DNA of 64,000 nt, taken from the NCBI GenBank assembly GCA_965214705.1, contig CBDCCI010000002.1, positions 1,952,001 to 2,016,000 on the forward strand, read 5' to 3'. Numbering within the stretch: the stretch's first letter is position 1; each line of letters begins with the position of its first letter. The translations under genes were made by a program, and so were the position numbers. The stretch is from Alphaproteobacteria bacterium. Lineage in GTDB: Bacteria > Pseudomonadota > Alphaproteobacteria > UBA828. Of this stretch, positions 9,905 through 18,892 are shown in pieces. Below the pieces are notes generated by a model that was not told the origin of the DNA, did not search any database, and saw only the letters and a program-made list of their open reading frames with translations.

Positions 9905-10078
9905 ATGACGGCAGACCGACGCAAGCAGAAGCCGGCCACTCCCGGTACTGGCAAGCGGCCCGAGCGCGAGGCGCGGCTCGCCGCCGCTCTGCGGGAGAAC
10001 CTGCGCCGGCGCAAGCGCCAGAAGAGCGAACGCAAGGCCGCTGCGCCGCCGCCGGATCGGGACGGCGACGGCGCGTAA
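9905..10078 (+). CDS. Small basic conserved alphaproteobacterial protein
   Basis: 57 aa containing 'REARLAAALRENLRRRKRQ', a motif recalled from a small uncharacterised alphaproteobacterial ORF family. Confidence 0.6.
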   Translation: MTADRRKQKPATPGTGKRPEREARLAAALRENLRRRKRQKSERKAAAPPPDRDGDGA

Positions 10079-10108
10079 AGCGAGCGTTCGGTCGCGGCAC
10101 CGCGCCGC

Positions 10109-10855
10109 TCACAGCATCACGTCGCCTGAGTTGGGCCCGAGGGTCTGGCCCACGTAGATGGCCCCGCCGGGGCCGGCGAGGAAGGCCACGGTCTCGGCGA
10201 TCTCCCACGCCTCGCCGAAGCGCCCGAGCGGCAGCTCGGCGGCCTTTGCCTGCTGCCACTCCTTGGAGATGTCGTTGAGGATCGGGGTGTTGCAGGGGCC
10301 GGGACCGATAGCGTTGACCCGCACGCCGCGGCTGGAGACTTCCAGCGCCAGCGACTTGGTGAGTCCGATCACGCCGGCCTTCGCAGCCGCGTAATGGGCC
10401 ATTTCATTAGCACCCTTGTGGCCGAGCTGCGAGGCGGTGTTGATGATCACGCCCTCGCCCTTCTCCAGCATCGGGCCGAGCGCCTCGCGGTCGCAGAGGA
10501 AGACGCCGCGCAGAAGCACCGCCACCATGCGGTCGAAGTCCTCCGTTTTCATCTCCACGAACGGCGACAGCTGGGCGTAGCCGGCATTGGCGAAGAGCAG
10601 CGTGCAGTCGCCGAAGGCGTTGCGGCAAGCCGCGAACATCGCCTTCACGTCGGACTCGCTCGCGACATCGCCGCCGATCGCCTCGGCCCGGCCGTTGCCT
10701 TCCCGGATCTTGGCGGCCGTGCGCTGGGCGTTCTCCTCGTTGATGTCCTGGCAGAAGATCGGCATCCCCTCCCGCGCGAGCCTGAACGCGCTAGCCTCGC
10801 CGAAGCCGCTGCCGGCACCGGTGATCACGGCGATGTGGTCCTGCATTTCGATCAT
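10109..10855 (-). CDS. Short-chain dehydrogenase/reductase (FabG-like)
   Basis: TGAGSGFG, ANAG, YAAAK catalytic motif. Confidence 0.92.
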   Translation of the reverse strand: MIEMQDHIAVITGAGSGFGEASAFRLAREGMPIFCQDINEENAQRTAAKIREGNGRAEAIGGDVASESDVKAMFAACRNAFGDCTLLFANAGYAQLSPFVEMKTEDFDRMVAVLLRGVFLCDREALGPMLEKGEGVIINTASQLGHKGANEMAHYAAAKAGVIGLTKSLALEVSSRGVRVNAIGPGPCNTPILNDISKEWQQAKAAELPLGRFGEAWEIAETVAFLAGPGGAIYVGQTLGPNSGDVML

Positions 10856-10885
10856 GACCGTCCACTCCCTTCGATTGTCGTTTGA

Positions 10886-12205
10886 TTACTCCGTTCGCCC
10901 GAACACGCGGGCGAAGATGGTATCAACGTGCTTGAGATACGGCTCCGGCGCGAACAGCGCGGCGAGCGCGGCGCGATCGAGCACTGCAGCAACCCGCGCG
11001 TCCGCCGCGAGCGCAGCCTCGAAACTTCCCCCGTTTTCCCAGATTTTTAGCGCGATTTCCTGAACCATAGAATAAGCTTCTTCACGCGACATGCCGCGCT
11101 CGATCAGCGCAAGCAGCACGCGCTGGCTGTAGACCAGCCCGCCCCGGCTCTCCAGGTTGCGCCGCATGGCCGCCTCGTCGACCACAAGTCCATCGACGAC
11201 CCCGGCAAGTCTGGTCAGCGCGAAGTCCAGCGCGATGGTGGCATCCGGCGCGAACACGCGCTCGACCGCCGAATGGCTGATGTCGCGCTCGTGCCAGAGC
11301 GCGATGTTCTCCAGCGCCGGCACCACGGCCGCGCGCACGATGCGGGCGAGGCCGGTCAGGTTCTCGGTCAGGATCGGGTTCTTCTTGTGGGGCATGGCCG
11401 ACGAGCCTTTCTGGCCCTTGCCGAAGGCCTCGGCCGCCTCCCCCACCTCGCTTCGCTGCAAATGTCTGATCTCCACCGCGAGCCGCTCGATGGCGCCGGC
11501 GATGACGCCCAGCACCGCGAAATACATGGCGTGGCGATCGCGCGGAATCACCTGGGTCGAGACCGGCTCCGGCGCGAGCCCCATCCGCTCCGCGACGTGC
11601 GCCTCGACCGCCGGGTCGACGCTCGCGAAGGTGCCGACCGGGCCGGATATGGCGCAGGTCGCGATTTCGCGCCGCGCTGCCTGCAGCCGTTCTTCTGCCC
11701 TCGCAAACTCGGCGTAGTGACCTGCGAGCTTGAGCCCGAAGCTCGTCGGCTCAGCGTGGACGCCGTGGCTCCGGCCGACGCAGAGCGTGTCCTTGTGCTC
11801 GAAGGCGCGGCGCTCCAATGCCGCGGCCACGGCATCGACGCCCTCTGCGAGCAAGGCACCGGCCCGGTCGAGCTGCACCGCGAAACAGGTGTCGAGGACA
11901 TCGGAGGAGGTGAGACCCCGGTGGATCAAGCGCGCCTCCGGCCCCACGTGGTTCGCGAGATTGGTGAGGAAGGCGATCACGTCGTGGCGAGTCTCGCGCT
12001 CGATCGCGTCGATCTTCGCGGGATCAATCAGCGCCGCCGGATGCTCCTCGATGGCGCGTGCGAGCGCGTCTGCCGCCTCCTGCGGCGCCTGCCCGAGCGC
12101 GACCTGAGCGTCAAGCGCGTGACGCTCGATCTCCAGCCAGATGGCGAACTTGGTTTCGGGTGCCCAGACCGCGGCCATCTCCGGGCGTGAGTAGCGCGGG
12201 ATCAT
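10886..12205 (-). CDS. purB: Adenylosuccinate lyase
   Basis: MIPRYSRPEM, TSSDVLDT, GRSHGVHAEP, GSSAMPHKKNP, HERDISHS. Confidence 0.97.
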   Translation of the reverse strand: MIPRYSRPEMAAVWAPETKFAIWLEIERHALDAQVALGQAPQEAADALARAIEEHPAALIDPAKIDAIERETRHDVIAFLTNLANHVGPEARLIHRGLTSSDVLDTCFAVQLDRAGALLAEGVDAVAAALERRAFEHKDTLCVGRSHGVHAEPTSFGLKLAGHYAEFARAEERLQAARREIATCAISGPVGTFASVDPAVEAHVAERMGLAPEPVSTQVIPRDRHAMYFAVLGVIAGAIERLAVEIRHLQRSEVGEAAEAFGKGQKGSSAMPHKKNPILTENLTGLARIVRAAVVPALENIALWHERDISHSAVERVFAPDATIALDFALTRLAGVVDGLVVDEAAMRRNLESRGGLVYSQRVLLALIERGMSREEAYSMVQEIALKIWENGGSFEAALAADARVAAVLDRAALAALFAPEPYLKHVDTIFARVFGRTE

Positions 12206-12257
12206 GGGATATCGCGGCGGGGGATCGACCCTCTCCTCAGATGCCGGCGGCAGGGCT

Positions 12258-12331
12258 TGGCTGGGGCGCCAGGATTCGAACCTGGGATCACGGGACCAAA
12301 ACCCGTTGCCTTACCGCTTGGCTACGCCCCA
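12258..12331 (-). tRNA. tRNA-Gln(TTG)
   Basis: Reverse complement TGGGGCGTAGCCAAGCGGTAAGGCAACGGGTTTTGGTCCCGTGATCCCAGGTTCGAATCCTGGCGCCCCAGCCA; anticodon TTG. Confidence 0.97.
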
Positions 12332-12552
12332 GGCGGGGCGGCTTTTACCACGGCGCGAAGCGGCGCGGAAGCGAGCGGCTTATCCTGATCGTGGCGAGAA
12401 CCCCTCCCCAAGGCGGGCCGCCAGCAGGCCCGATGGCCGCAAGACCGGTGGTCCGGGTAGCTTCGTGATTCCGGCAAGTGGTAGATTGTGGCCAGCGGTC
12501 GGCATTGCCGGCCGATAACGACCCATCAAGGGCGCATCAAGGGAGGCTTCAA

Positions 12553-13674
12553 ATGAAGCGAGTCTATGCCAAGACCACGGCCGCTGCCGTGGGCGCCGTC
12601 GCCGCTGTCGCGGTGACGGCTCTGCTGAGTGGAGCCCAGGCCCAGGGCCTGGACGCCGCCCGTCAAATGATCGAGGAACACCGCGCCAAGCCGGTGTTTT
12701 CCGCCCCGGGACCCGCATTCGACGCGAAGTCCTGTGCAGCCGGAAAGCGCGTCCTGACCATTCCTGTCTCCAGCGCGAACCCGTTCACCAAGAACATCGC
12801 CCTGGCAATGATCGAAGCCGGAACCGAAGCCGGCGTCGAGGTGACTGAATGGGAGAACCAGGCGCAACCGTCGCAATGGGTGCAGGGCATCAACTTCGCG
12901 ATCAACGAGGGCTTCGACCTGATCGATCTCCTCGGCGGCGTCGATCCCAGCGTGATCGTGCCGCAAATCCAAGCAGCAACGGGCGCAGGTATCGTCGTCA
13001 AGACGTCGCACTTCTACGACCTGACCCAGACGCCGCACGAGAGTGTCGACGGCGCCGTGCCGCTGAGCTTCTACAAGGTCGGTCAGATCCTCGCGAACTG
13101 GGCCATCAGTCAGACCGACGGCAAGGCTAACGTCGTCATCATCGGTTCCGACGAGATCGTTCCGACGGCGCCGTTCGTCCAGGGTATCCGCGACACGCTG
13201 CAAGCGAATTGCCCGGACTGTCAGGAAGTGGCGTACATCAATGCGCCGGTGCCCGAGTGGGCCACCAAGATTCAGCCCAGCGTCCAGTCGGCGCTGCTCG
13301 CCAACCCAGACGTCAACTACCTCATACCGATCTACGACTCGATGTCGCAGTTCGTCGTGCCGGCCGTCCGCGTGGCCGGCAAGACGGGGCAGGTCAACAT
13401 CGCGACGTTCAACGGCACGCCCTTCGTCATCGACCTGATCCAGCAAGGGCAGGTGGAGATGGATGTCGGCGAGTCGCTCGGCTGGATTGCACGCGGCATC
13501 CTCGATTCGCACATGCGCACGCTGTGCGGGTTGGCCGAGCCGGCCGAGCTGAACGTACCCTTCTATATTTTCGACAGCAGCAACGCGAACGATGCCGGCA
13601 CCCCGGCGGACTACGACCGCGGTTACGGCGACGTGCACGTCTCCGGCTTCCGCACGCTGTGGGGCCTTGAGTAG
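12553..13674 (+). CDS. Sugar-type (CUT2) ABC transporter substrate-binding protein
   Basis: Signal peptide ending AQA, periplasmic binding protein type I features, GGAGG RBS; operon with ATPase and permease. Confidence 0.85.
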   Translation: MKRVYAKTTAAAVGAVAAVAVTALLSGAQAQGLDAARQMIEEHRAKPVFSAPGPAFDAKSCAAGKRVLTIPVSSANPFTKNIALAMIEAGTEAGVEVTEWENQAQPSQWVQGINFAINEGFDLIDLLGGVDPSVIVPQIQAATGAGIVVKTSHFYDLTQTPHESVDGAVPLSFYKVGQILANWAISQTDGKANVVIIGSDEIVPTAPFVQGIRDTLQANCPDCQEVAYINAPVPEWATKIQPSVQSALLANPDVNYLIPIYDSMSQFVVPAVRVAGKTGQVNIATFNGTPFVIDLIQQGQVEMDVGESLGWIARGILDSHMRTLCGLAEPAELNVPFYIFDSSNANDAGTPADYDRGYGDVHVSGFRTLWGLE

Positions 13675-15298
13675 CAGTCACTCCGATCTCGGAACGGGGG
13701 CGCCGGATACCAGCGCCCCCGCTCTGTTTGCGGAGCACGTTTCCAAGACATTCGGCGGCGAGAAGGCGCTCAGCGACGTCGCCTTCACGGTTGCCCCACA
13801 GGAAGTTCACGGGCTCCTGGGCCAAAACGGCTCGGGCAAGTCAACTCTGATCAAGATTCTTGCGGGCTTTCATGCCCCGGACACTGGGGCAACCCTGCAA
13901 GTCTTCGGGCGCCCCGTTCCATTGCCTCTGGCGCCCGGCCAATTTCGCGGGCTGGGGCTTGCCTTCGTGCACCAGCATCTCGGTCTCATGCCCAGCCTGA
14001 CCGTGCTTGAAAACCTGATGCTCAGCGAGCTTGCGACGCGCGCCGGCGCCTATATCAATTGGGCACGGGAACGGCAGCGCGCCAGAGAGGTCTTCGCGCG
14101 CTTCGACCTCGACCTGGACCCGTCGGCCAAGGTGGAAGATCTGCCACAGGTGGAGCGCGCGCTCCTCGCGATCGTTCGCGCCTTCGACGACATCCGCGGC
14201 GAACGCGCGGCGCATGACACGCCGGGCATCCTCTTTCTCGACGAGCCCACGCCGTTCCTGCCGAAGGAAGGAGTCAGCCAGCTCTTCGGGCTGGTGCGCG
14301 GCATTGTCGACGAGGGTGCGAGCGTCATCTTCGTCTCCCACGACGTTGACGAGGTTCTCGAAATCACCGACCGTGCCACCATTCTGCGTGACGGCCGCGT
14401 TGCCGGGACCCTCGAAACGGCAAACGCGTTGTACGCCGATTTCGTGGAGCTGATCATCGGACGCCGTATCGAGGCGTTCCAGGCCAAAGCGCACGACCTG
14501 CGCGGGGCGGAAGTCGATGTGGCCGTGAGCGGCCTGACCGGCGGCACCGTCGTCGATCTCTCCGCGGATTTGCACCGTGGCGAAGTTCTCGGCCTGACCG
14601 GCTTGATCGGCTCCGGTTTCGACGAGGTGCCATACCTGTTGTTCGGCGCTTCGCGGGCCGCATCAGGCACGCTCAAGATCCACGACAAGTCATACGATCT
14701 GCATGACATTTCGCCGCAGCGGGCGATGGAGGGAGGCATTGCGCTGCTTCCCGGCGACCGCCTTGGGACGGCGGGCGTTGGCGACCTGACTCTTATCGAC
14801 AACATCACCCTTCCCGTCCTCTCTTCATTCCACAGCCTGACCGGCCTGAAGCGTCGTGCGATGCGGCGCAGGACGTCCGAGCTGGGCAGGGAATTCGACG
14901 TGCGGCCCAACGTGCCGGAGAGGGAACTCGAGTCTCTCTCGGGCGGCAACCAGCAGAAGGTCCTGCTCGCCAAGTGGATGCAGACGAGCCCGTCCCTCAT
15001 GCTGCTGGACGAGCCGACCCAGGGCGTGGACGTTGGCGCCCGGCAGCAGGTCTTCGAGGCAATCCGCGACGTGGCGGCGCAGGGTGCGGCGGTCATCTGC
15101 GCCAGCACCGACTACGGACAACTCGCGGCGATCTGCGATCGCGTCCTGATTTTCGCGCGCGGCCGGGTGGTTCGAGAGCTCGTCGGCAGCGATGTCACCA
15201 AGGACCGCATCGCCGAGCAGACGGTCCTCAGCCTGGCATTGGGCAATCAGGGAGAAGCCGGCACGGCGGGGCACTCAACGGAGCAGGTACATGGCTGA
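13667..15298 (+). CDS. Sugar ABC transporter ATP-binding protein (tandem NBD)
   Basis: GQNGSGKST, FLDEPT, LSGGNQQKV, LLDEPTQGVDVGA; start approximate (TTG overlapping the SBP stop). Confidence 0.92.
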   Translation: MSSSHSDLGTGAPDTSAPALFAEHVSKTFGGEKALSDVAFTVAPQEVHGLLGQNGSGKSTLIKILAGFHAPDTGATLQVFGRPVPLPLAPGQFRGLGLAFVHQHLGLMPSLTVLENLMLSELATRAGAYINWARERQRAREVFARFDLDLDPSAKVEDLPQVERALLAIVRAFDDIRGERAAHDTPGILFLDEPTPFLPKEGVSQLFGLVRGIVDEGASVIFVSHDVDEVLEITDRATILRDGRVAGTLETANALYADFVELIIGRRIEAFQAKAHDLRGAEVDVAVSGLTGGTVVDLSADLHRGEVLGLTGLIGSGFDEVPYLLFGASRAASGTLKIHDKSYDLHDISPQRAMEGGIALLPGDRLGTAGVGDLTLIDNITLPVLSSFHSLTGLKRRAMRRRTSELGREFDVRPNVPERELESLSGGNQQKVLLAKWMQTSPSLMLLDEPTQGVDVGARQQVFEAIRDVAAQGAAVICASTDYGQLAAICDRVLIFARGRVVRELVGSDVTKDRIAEQTVLSLALGNQGEAGTAGHSTEQVHG

Positions 15299-16289
15299 AG
15301 GGACCGAGGTATCTGCCAAGGAGAAGGGTGTCGATTGGCTTCTCGTGCTGGAAAAGTACGCGCTGATCCTGGCCTGGATCGCGTTGATCGTGGTTTTCGC
15401 CTTCGTGGCCCCGTCATCGTTTCTCCAATGGCCGACCTTCTCCTCCATCATATTCGGCTCCCAGGCCGTTCTGGTCGTGCTGACCCTGGGCCTGATCATC
15501 CCGCTCACGGCGGGCGACTTCGACGTTTCGGTCGCCGCCGTTCTGACCTTCTCGGCAATGATTCTCGCCGTCCTGAACGCCAAGATGGGCTTGCCGCTCT
15601 GGCAGGCCGTTCTGGCGTGCCTGGCCATGGGGCTGATCGTCGGCTTTCTCAACGCGTTCTTCATTATCTTCTTTCGAATACATTCCTTGATTGTGACCCT
15701 TGGCACGGCATCGGTCATCCAGGGGCTCATCCTGTGGATCAGCAGCTCGCAAACGCTGAGCGGCGTGTCTCCCGGCCTGATCGACTGGGTCATCGTCAAT
15801 CGTCTCTTCGATATTCCGCTGGCCTTCTACTACGCGATGGCTCTGGGTGTGATCATTTGGTACGTCTTCGAATTCACGCCCATCGGCCGGCGCCTCCTGT
15901 TCGTGGGCCGCGGACGCGAAGTCGCCCGCCTATCCGGTATCAGCGTGGTGCGCGTCCGCGGCGTTGCTCTCGTGGCGTCCAGCGTCATCGCCACGCTCGC
16001 CGGCATCATCAACGTGGGCACCACGGGCGGCGCCGACCCGCTGTCAGGCCTCACCTTCCTGCTCCCGGCCTTTGCCGCCGCGTTTCTCGGCGCGACGAGC
16101 ATTGTTCCCGGACGGTTCAATCCGCTGGGCTCGATCATCGCGGTGTTTTTCCTGGTCACCGGCATCACCGGGCTCAACTTCCTGGGCGTCGACACGTTCG
16201 TGCAGAACATGTTCAACGGTGCCGCGCTGATCCTGGCCGTGTCCCTCTCGCAGCTCGTGCGCGGTCGGAAGGAGCAGGGGCTGACCTGA
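15291..16289 (+). CDS. Sugar ABC transporter permease (RbsC-like)
   Basis: AGDFDVSV, SLIVTLG, GRRLLFVG...ARLSGI, AAAFLGATS; polytopic membrane protein. Confidence 0.92.
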   Translation: MAEGTEVSAKEKGVDWLLVLEKYALILAWIALIVVFAFVAPSSFLQWPTFSSIIFGSQAVLVVLTLGLIIPLTAGDFDVSVAAVLTFSAMILAVLNAKMGLPLWQAVLACLAMGLIVGFLNAFFIIFFRIHSLIVTLGTASVIQGLILWISSSQTLSGVSPGLIDWVIVNRLFDIPLAFYYAMALGVIIWYVFEFTPIGRRLLFVGRGREVARLSGISVVRVRGVALVASSVIATLAGIINVGTTGGADPLSGLTFLLPAFAAAFLGATSIVPGRFNPLGSIIAVFFLVTGITGLNFLGVDTFVQNMFNGAALILAVSLSQLVRGRKEQGLT

Positions 16290-16374
16290 CCGGCGCACGA
16301 ACTCAAAGTCCGATACACCGCGCCATGTCGCTGCCGGACGTGGCGAGCCCCATGTCGGGCTCAGGCGCGACCGT

Positions 16375-16863
16375 TTAACCCGGCTCCTCGTGGAAGAAGC
16401 GGAGCCGGTGAGCGGCGACACGGCCGAAGCGAATCGCCTGCTTGCGGCGGAGCCCCTGGGCCATGGACTGGAGCGGCGCATCGCGCCTGATCTCGGCGCC
16501 GAAGCGGTCGGCGACAATGATGCCCACGTCATTCGGCAGCACGTCGAGGGGGAAGGCGTCGCCCACCGCGAAGTAGAGCCGGTCGCAATGGTTTCGATAG
16601 TCGCCCCACTTGGTGTCGGCCCGAAAATCGGCGAGCCCGCTCTTGATCTCGACGATGACGAAGCGGCCCTTGCCGTCCTGCCCCAGCACATCCGCCCGCC
16701 GGCCGGTGCCGAGTGGCACTTCCACGAGCGGGCAGATCCCCATCTCGTCTAGCAGCCGGCACACGCCACGGGCCAGCCCCTCCGCCCGGCCCTCGGCCAC
16801 GCAGGGGCGCGCGAGGTCCAATGCAAGCTGAGCAGACGCGGACTCGGAGACGGAAACGGACAT
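16375..16863 (-). CDS. mmcB: MmcB-family DNA repair protein (PD-(D/E)xK-like)
   Basis: LARGVCRLL, GRRADVL, IVEIKSGLADFRADTKWGDYRNHCDRLYFAV, IVADRFGAEI. Confidence 0.9.
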   Translation of the reverse strand: MSVSVSESASAQLALDLARPCVAEGRAEGLARGVCRLLDEMGICPLVEVPLGTGRRADVLGQDGKGRFVIVEIKSGLADFRADTKWGDYRNHCDRLYFAVGDAFPLDVLPNDVGIIVADRFGAEIRRDAPLQSMAQGLRRKQAIRFGRVAAHRLRFFHEEPG

Positions 16864-16924
16864 GAACACCACGGTCGTGATTGACCCGATGTTCCTAGTT
16901 TAGTCCAATTTGAGTCTTTTTGTA

Positions 16925-17014
16925 TCCCTCAGACGCCGGGCGCTCGCTCCGCTCGCTTGGCTTTCGCGCCTTACGGCGCGCGGCGCAGTCGCGCCGTCCG
17001 GGCCTTCGGCCCGG
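16925..17014 (-). repeat. Four-hairpin dispersed element, copy A
   Basis: TCCCTCAGACGCCGGGC GCTCGCTCCGCTCGC TTGGCTTT CGCGCC-TTAC-GGCGCG CGGCGC-AGTC-GCGCCG T CCGGGCC-TTC-GGCCCGG; aligns with 53162-53250. Confidence 0.85.
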
Positions 17015-17045
17015 CTCTCTTCATATTCCAGCCCCGCCGCGCCCG

Positions 17046-17795
17046 TCAGGCGTGGTCGAATTGGGCCGGCTTCTCCTTGCCGAGGCGGGTCCAGTATTCC
17101 GCCGGGATCAGCTCGGGCTTCTTGTAGAAGTGCCAGCGGCAGGGCTTGGCGTGATCGGGGTCGAAGTCGGTGACCCAGAGCGGCGCGCCGCCCCACTCGA
17201 TCGGCAGGATTTCGTTGAGGGCGCAGTGGACGCAGTAATAGGGCACGTCCTTGCGGCCCCAGCTCCACCAGTGCGCCTCCTGGGTCGCGCCGAAGTTGTA
17301 GGGCGGGCCGAGGCGCGAAGGGGTCTGGTCCACCGGGTCGCCGCGGCGCATGCGCCCGCCACTGCCGCAGGGGTCCATCACGATGGTGTAGCGCTCCGAT
17401 TCCTCCAGCACCTCGATGTCGCCCTCCTGCCGCGGGCCGCAGCGGTGGGCGCGCATCATCTCGGCGGTGAGCGTGACCTGGCGCTCGACGGTCATCTTGC
17501 GGAACCCCTTCCAGGTCCGCTTCATCATCCAGGTCTCCTGTGTCGCACGCAGCATGGCGTAGACCTCGCCCTCGCCGAACTTGCGCCCGATCTTGGTCAG
17601 CAGGTCCCAGACCCAGTCGCAGTAAAGATCGTGCAGGCCCTTCCACTCGTGGATCAGGTTGCGCGCAAGCGTCTTGGCCTCGTCCGTGCGGCCCGCGTCG
17701 ATCGCCTCTTCGATCACCTCCCCGGTGGGCCGGCCGAGATCGTCGAGGTCGTCCTCGCGCAGCACCCGGCCCGCGAAATCGGAAAGCCTGAGCAT
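17046..17795 (-). CDS. Uncharacterised Cys/His-motif protein (possible V4R/ATC-hydrolase-like metal-binding fold)
   Basis: Clean codon usage and strong RBS; motifs MRAH, DPCGSGG, YYCVHC, PCRW; fold assignment is inference. Confidence 0.75.
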   Translation of the reverse strand: MLRLSDFAGRVLREDDLDDLGRPTGEVIEEAIDAGRTDEAKTLARNLIHEWKGLHDLYCDWVWDLLTKIGRKFGEGEVYAMLRATQETWMMKRTWKGFRKMTVERQVTLTAEMMRAHRCGPRQEGDIEVLEESERYTIVMDPCGSGGRMRRGDPVDQTPSRLGPPYNFGATQEAHWWSWGRKDVPYYCVHCALNEILPIEWGGAPLWVTDFDPDHAKPCRWHFYKKPELIPAEYWTRLGKEKPAQFDHA

Positions 17796-17817
17796 GTCGT
17801 CTCCCCTTCCTTAACGG

Positions 17818-18879
17818 TTATGCGTCCTGCGCGGGGCGGACGGCACCGACGAGGCGGCCCGCCCAGTTGCGCAAGGGCTTGTCCAGCATGTCTGCCAGTG
17901 CCTCCCGGTCGCGGTCGTCGAGAACGCCGAGACGGTCGAGCATGGCCGCGATCGCGGCATCGGCGGCACGGGTTGCGCCGTCCCGCACCTTCAGCGCGAG
18001 CCCGAGGCCGCTCTCGTAGAGCGCCGCGTAGAACACCCCTTCCGCGCCGAACTTGACCAGCACGCGCTCGCCGGCCGTCTCGATGATGCGCGTGCAGGCG
18101 CGGCCGTCGCCCGCGACCATGAAAGGATGGGCTGCCACGGCCCGGCGTACGCGCGCTATCGCGGCTTGGCGCTCCTCCGAGAGACCGGAGGAGTCCGCGA
18201 TGTTGGCCGCGGCCCGTGCGAGCCCGGAGAGCGGCAGACCGATGGTCGGGATGCTGCAGCCGTCGATGGCCCACGGCGCCCGGTCGAGATTGCAGCCGGA
18301 AAGTGCGGCAATCGCGGCCGACACCCGCCGCTGCACCGGATGGTCGCGCGCGATGTAGCCCTGCGTCGGCTCGCCCAGCGCCTGCGCCGTCACCAGGAAG
18401 GCGCTGTGCTTGCCCGAGCACATGTTGTGGACCGCGCGCCCCGCCTCGCCCTCCCGTACGCAGTCATGGGCGGAGGGCGTGTGGTAGGGCAGGTGCGGCC
18501 CGCATTCGAGGTCGTCCTCGCTGAGCCCGGCGCGCGCGAGCCAGCCACGCACGACTACGACATGGGCCGGCTGGCCGTTGTGCGAGGAGCAGGCGAGCGC
18601 GACCTCCTCGTCAGTCACCGCATAACTCTCGGCGGCTCCGCTCTCGAGCAGCGGCAGGACCTGGACCGACTTGATGGCGGAGCGCGGATAGACCACCGCA
18701 TCAGTCTCGCCCCAGCCGTGGACGAGGCGCCCGGCCGGATCGACCACCGCCGCATCCACCAGGTGCCGGCTCTCCACCGCCGGGCCGCGGGTGCATTCGA
18801 CCACGAACGGCCCCTGCCGTTCCGTTCCCAACCTAGCCTCGCCTTGCTGCTGCATCTGGCCGTTGCGAGAGCGTAGCAC
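17818..18879 (-). CDS. L-asparaginase II (class 3, Rhizobium-type AnsA)
   Basis: RSAIKSVQ, ACSSHNG, HNMCSGKH, DGCSIPT, KFGAEG; true start may be ATG 18855 or later. Confidence 0.88.
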   Translation of the reverse strand: MLRSRNGQMQQQGEARLGTERQGPFVVECTRGPAVESRHLVDAAVVDPAGRLVHGWGETDAVVYPRSAIKSVQVLPLLESGAAESYAVTDEEVALACSSHNGQPAHVVVVRGWLARAGLSEDDLECGPHLPYHTPSAHDCVREGEAGRAVHNMCSGKHSAFLVTAQALGEPTQGYIARDHPVQRRVSAAIAALSGCNLDRAPWAIDGCSIPTIGLPLSGLARAAANIADSSGLSEERQAAIARVRRAVAAHPFMVAGDGRACTRIIETAGERVLVKFGAEGVFYAALYESGLGLALKVRDGATRAADAAIAAMLDRLGVLDDRDREALADMLDKPLRNWAGRLVGAVRPAQDA

Positions 18880-18892
18880 GCCGGCGTCTCGG

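Noticed and set aside
12258-16330. tRNA-Gln-anchored genomic island carrying the sugar ABC operon
   Set aside because: The operon lies at the tRNA 5' side; no integrase and no duplicated tRNA 3' end seen
16890-16907. Possible LexA box upstream of mmcB (GTTCCTAGTTTAGTCC)
   Set aside because: Only one good half-site, and the spacing does not fit GTTC-N7-GTTC; plausible from context but not supportable
16925-17014. Four-hairpin element as a tRNA or intrinsic terminator
   Set aside because: No T/D-loop consensus or acceptor stem, no U-tract after the last hairpin, and the two copies lie in opposite transcriptional contexts
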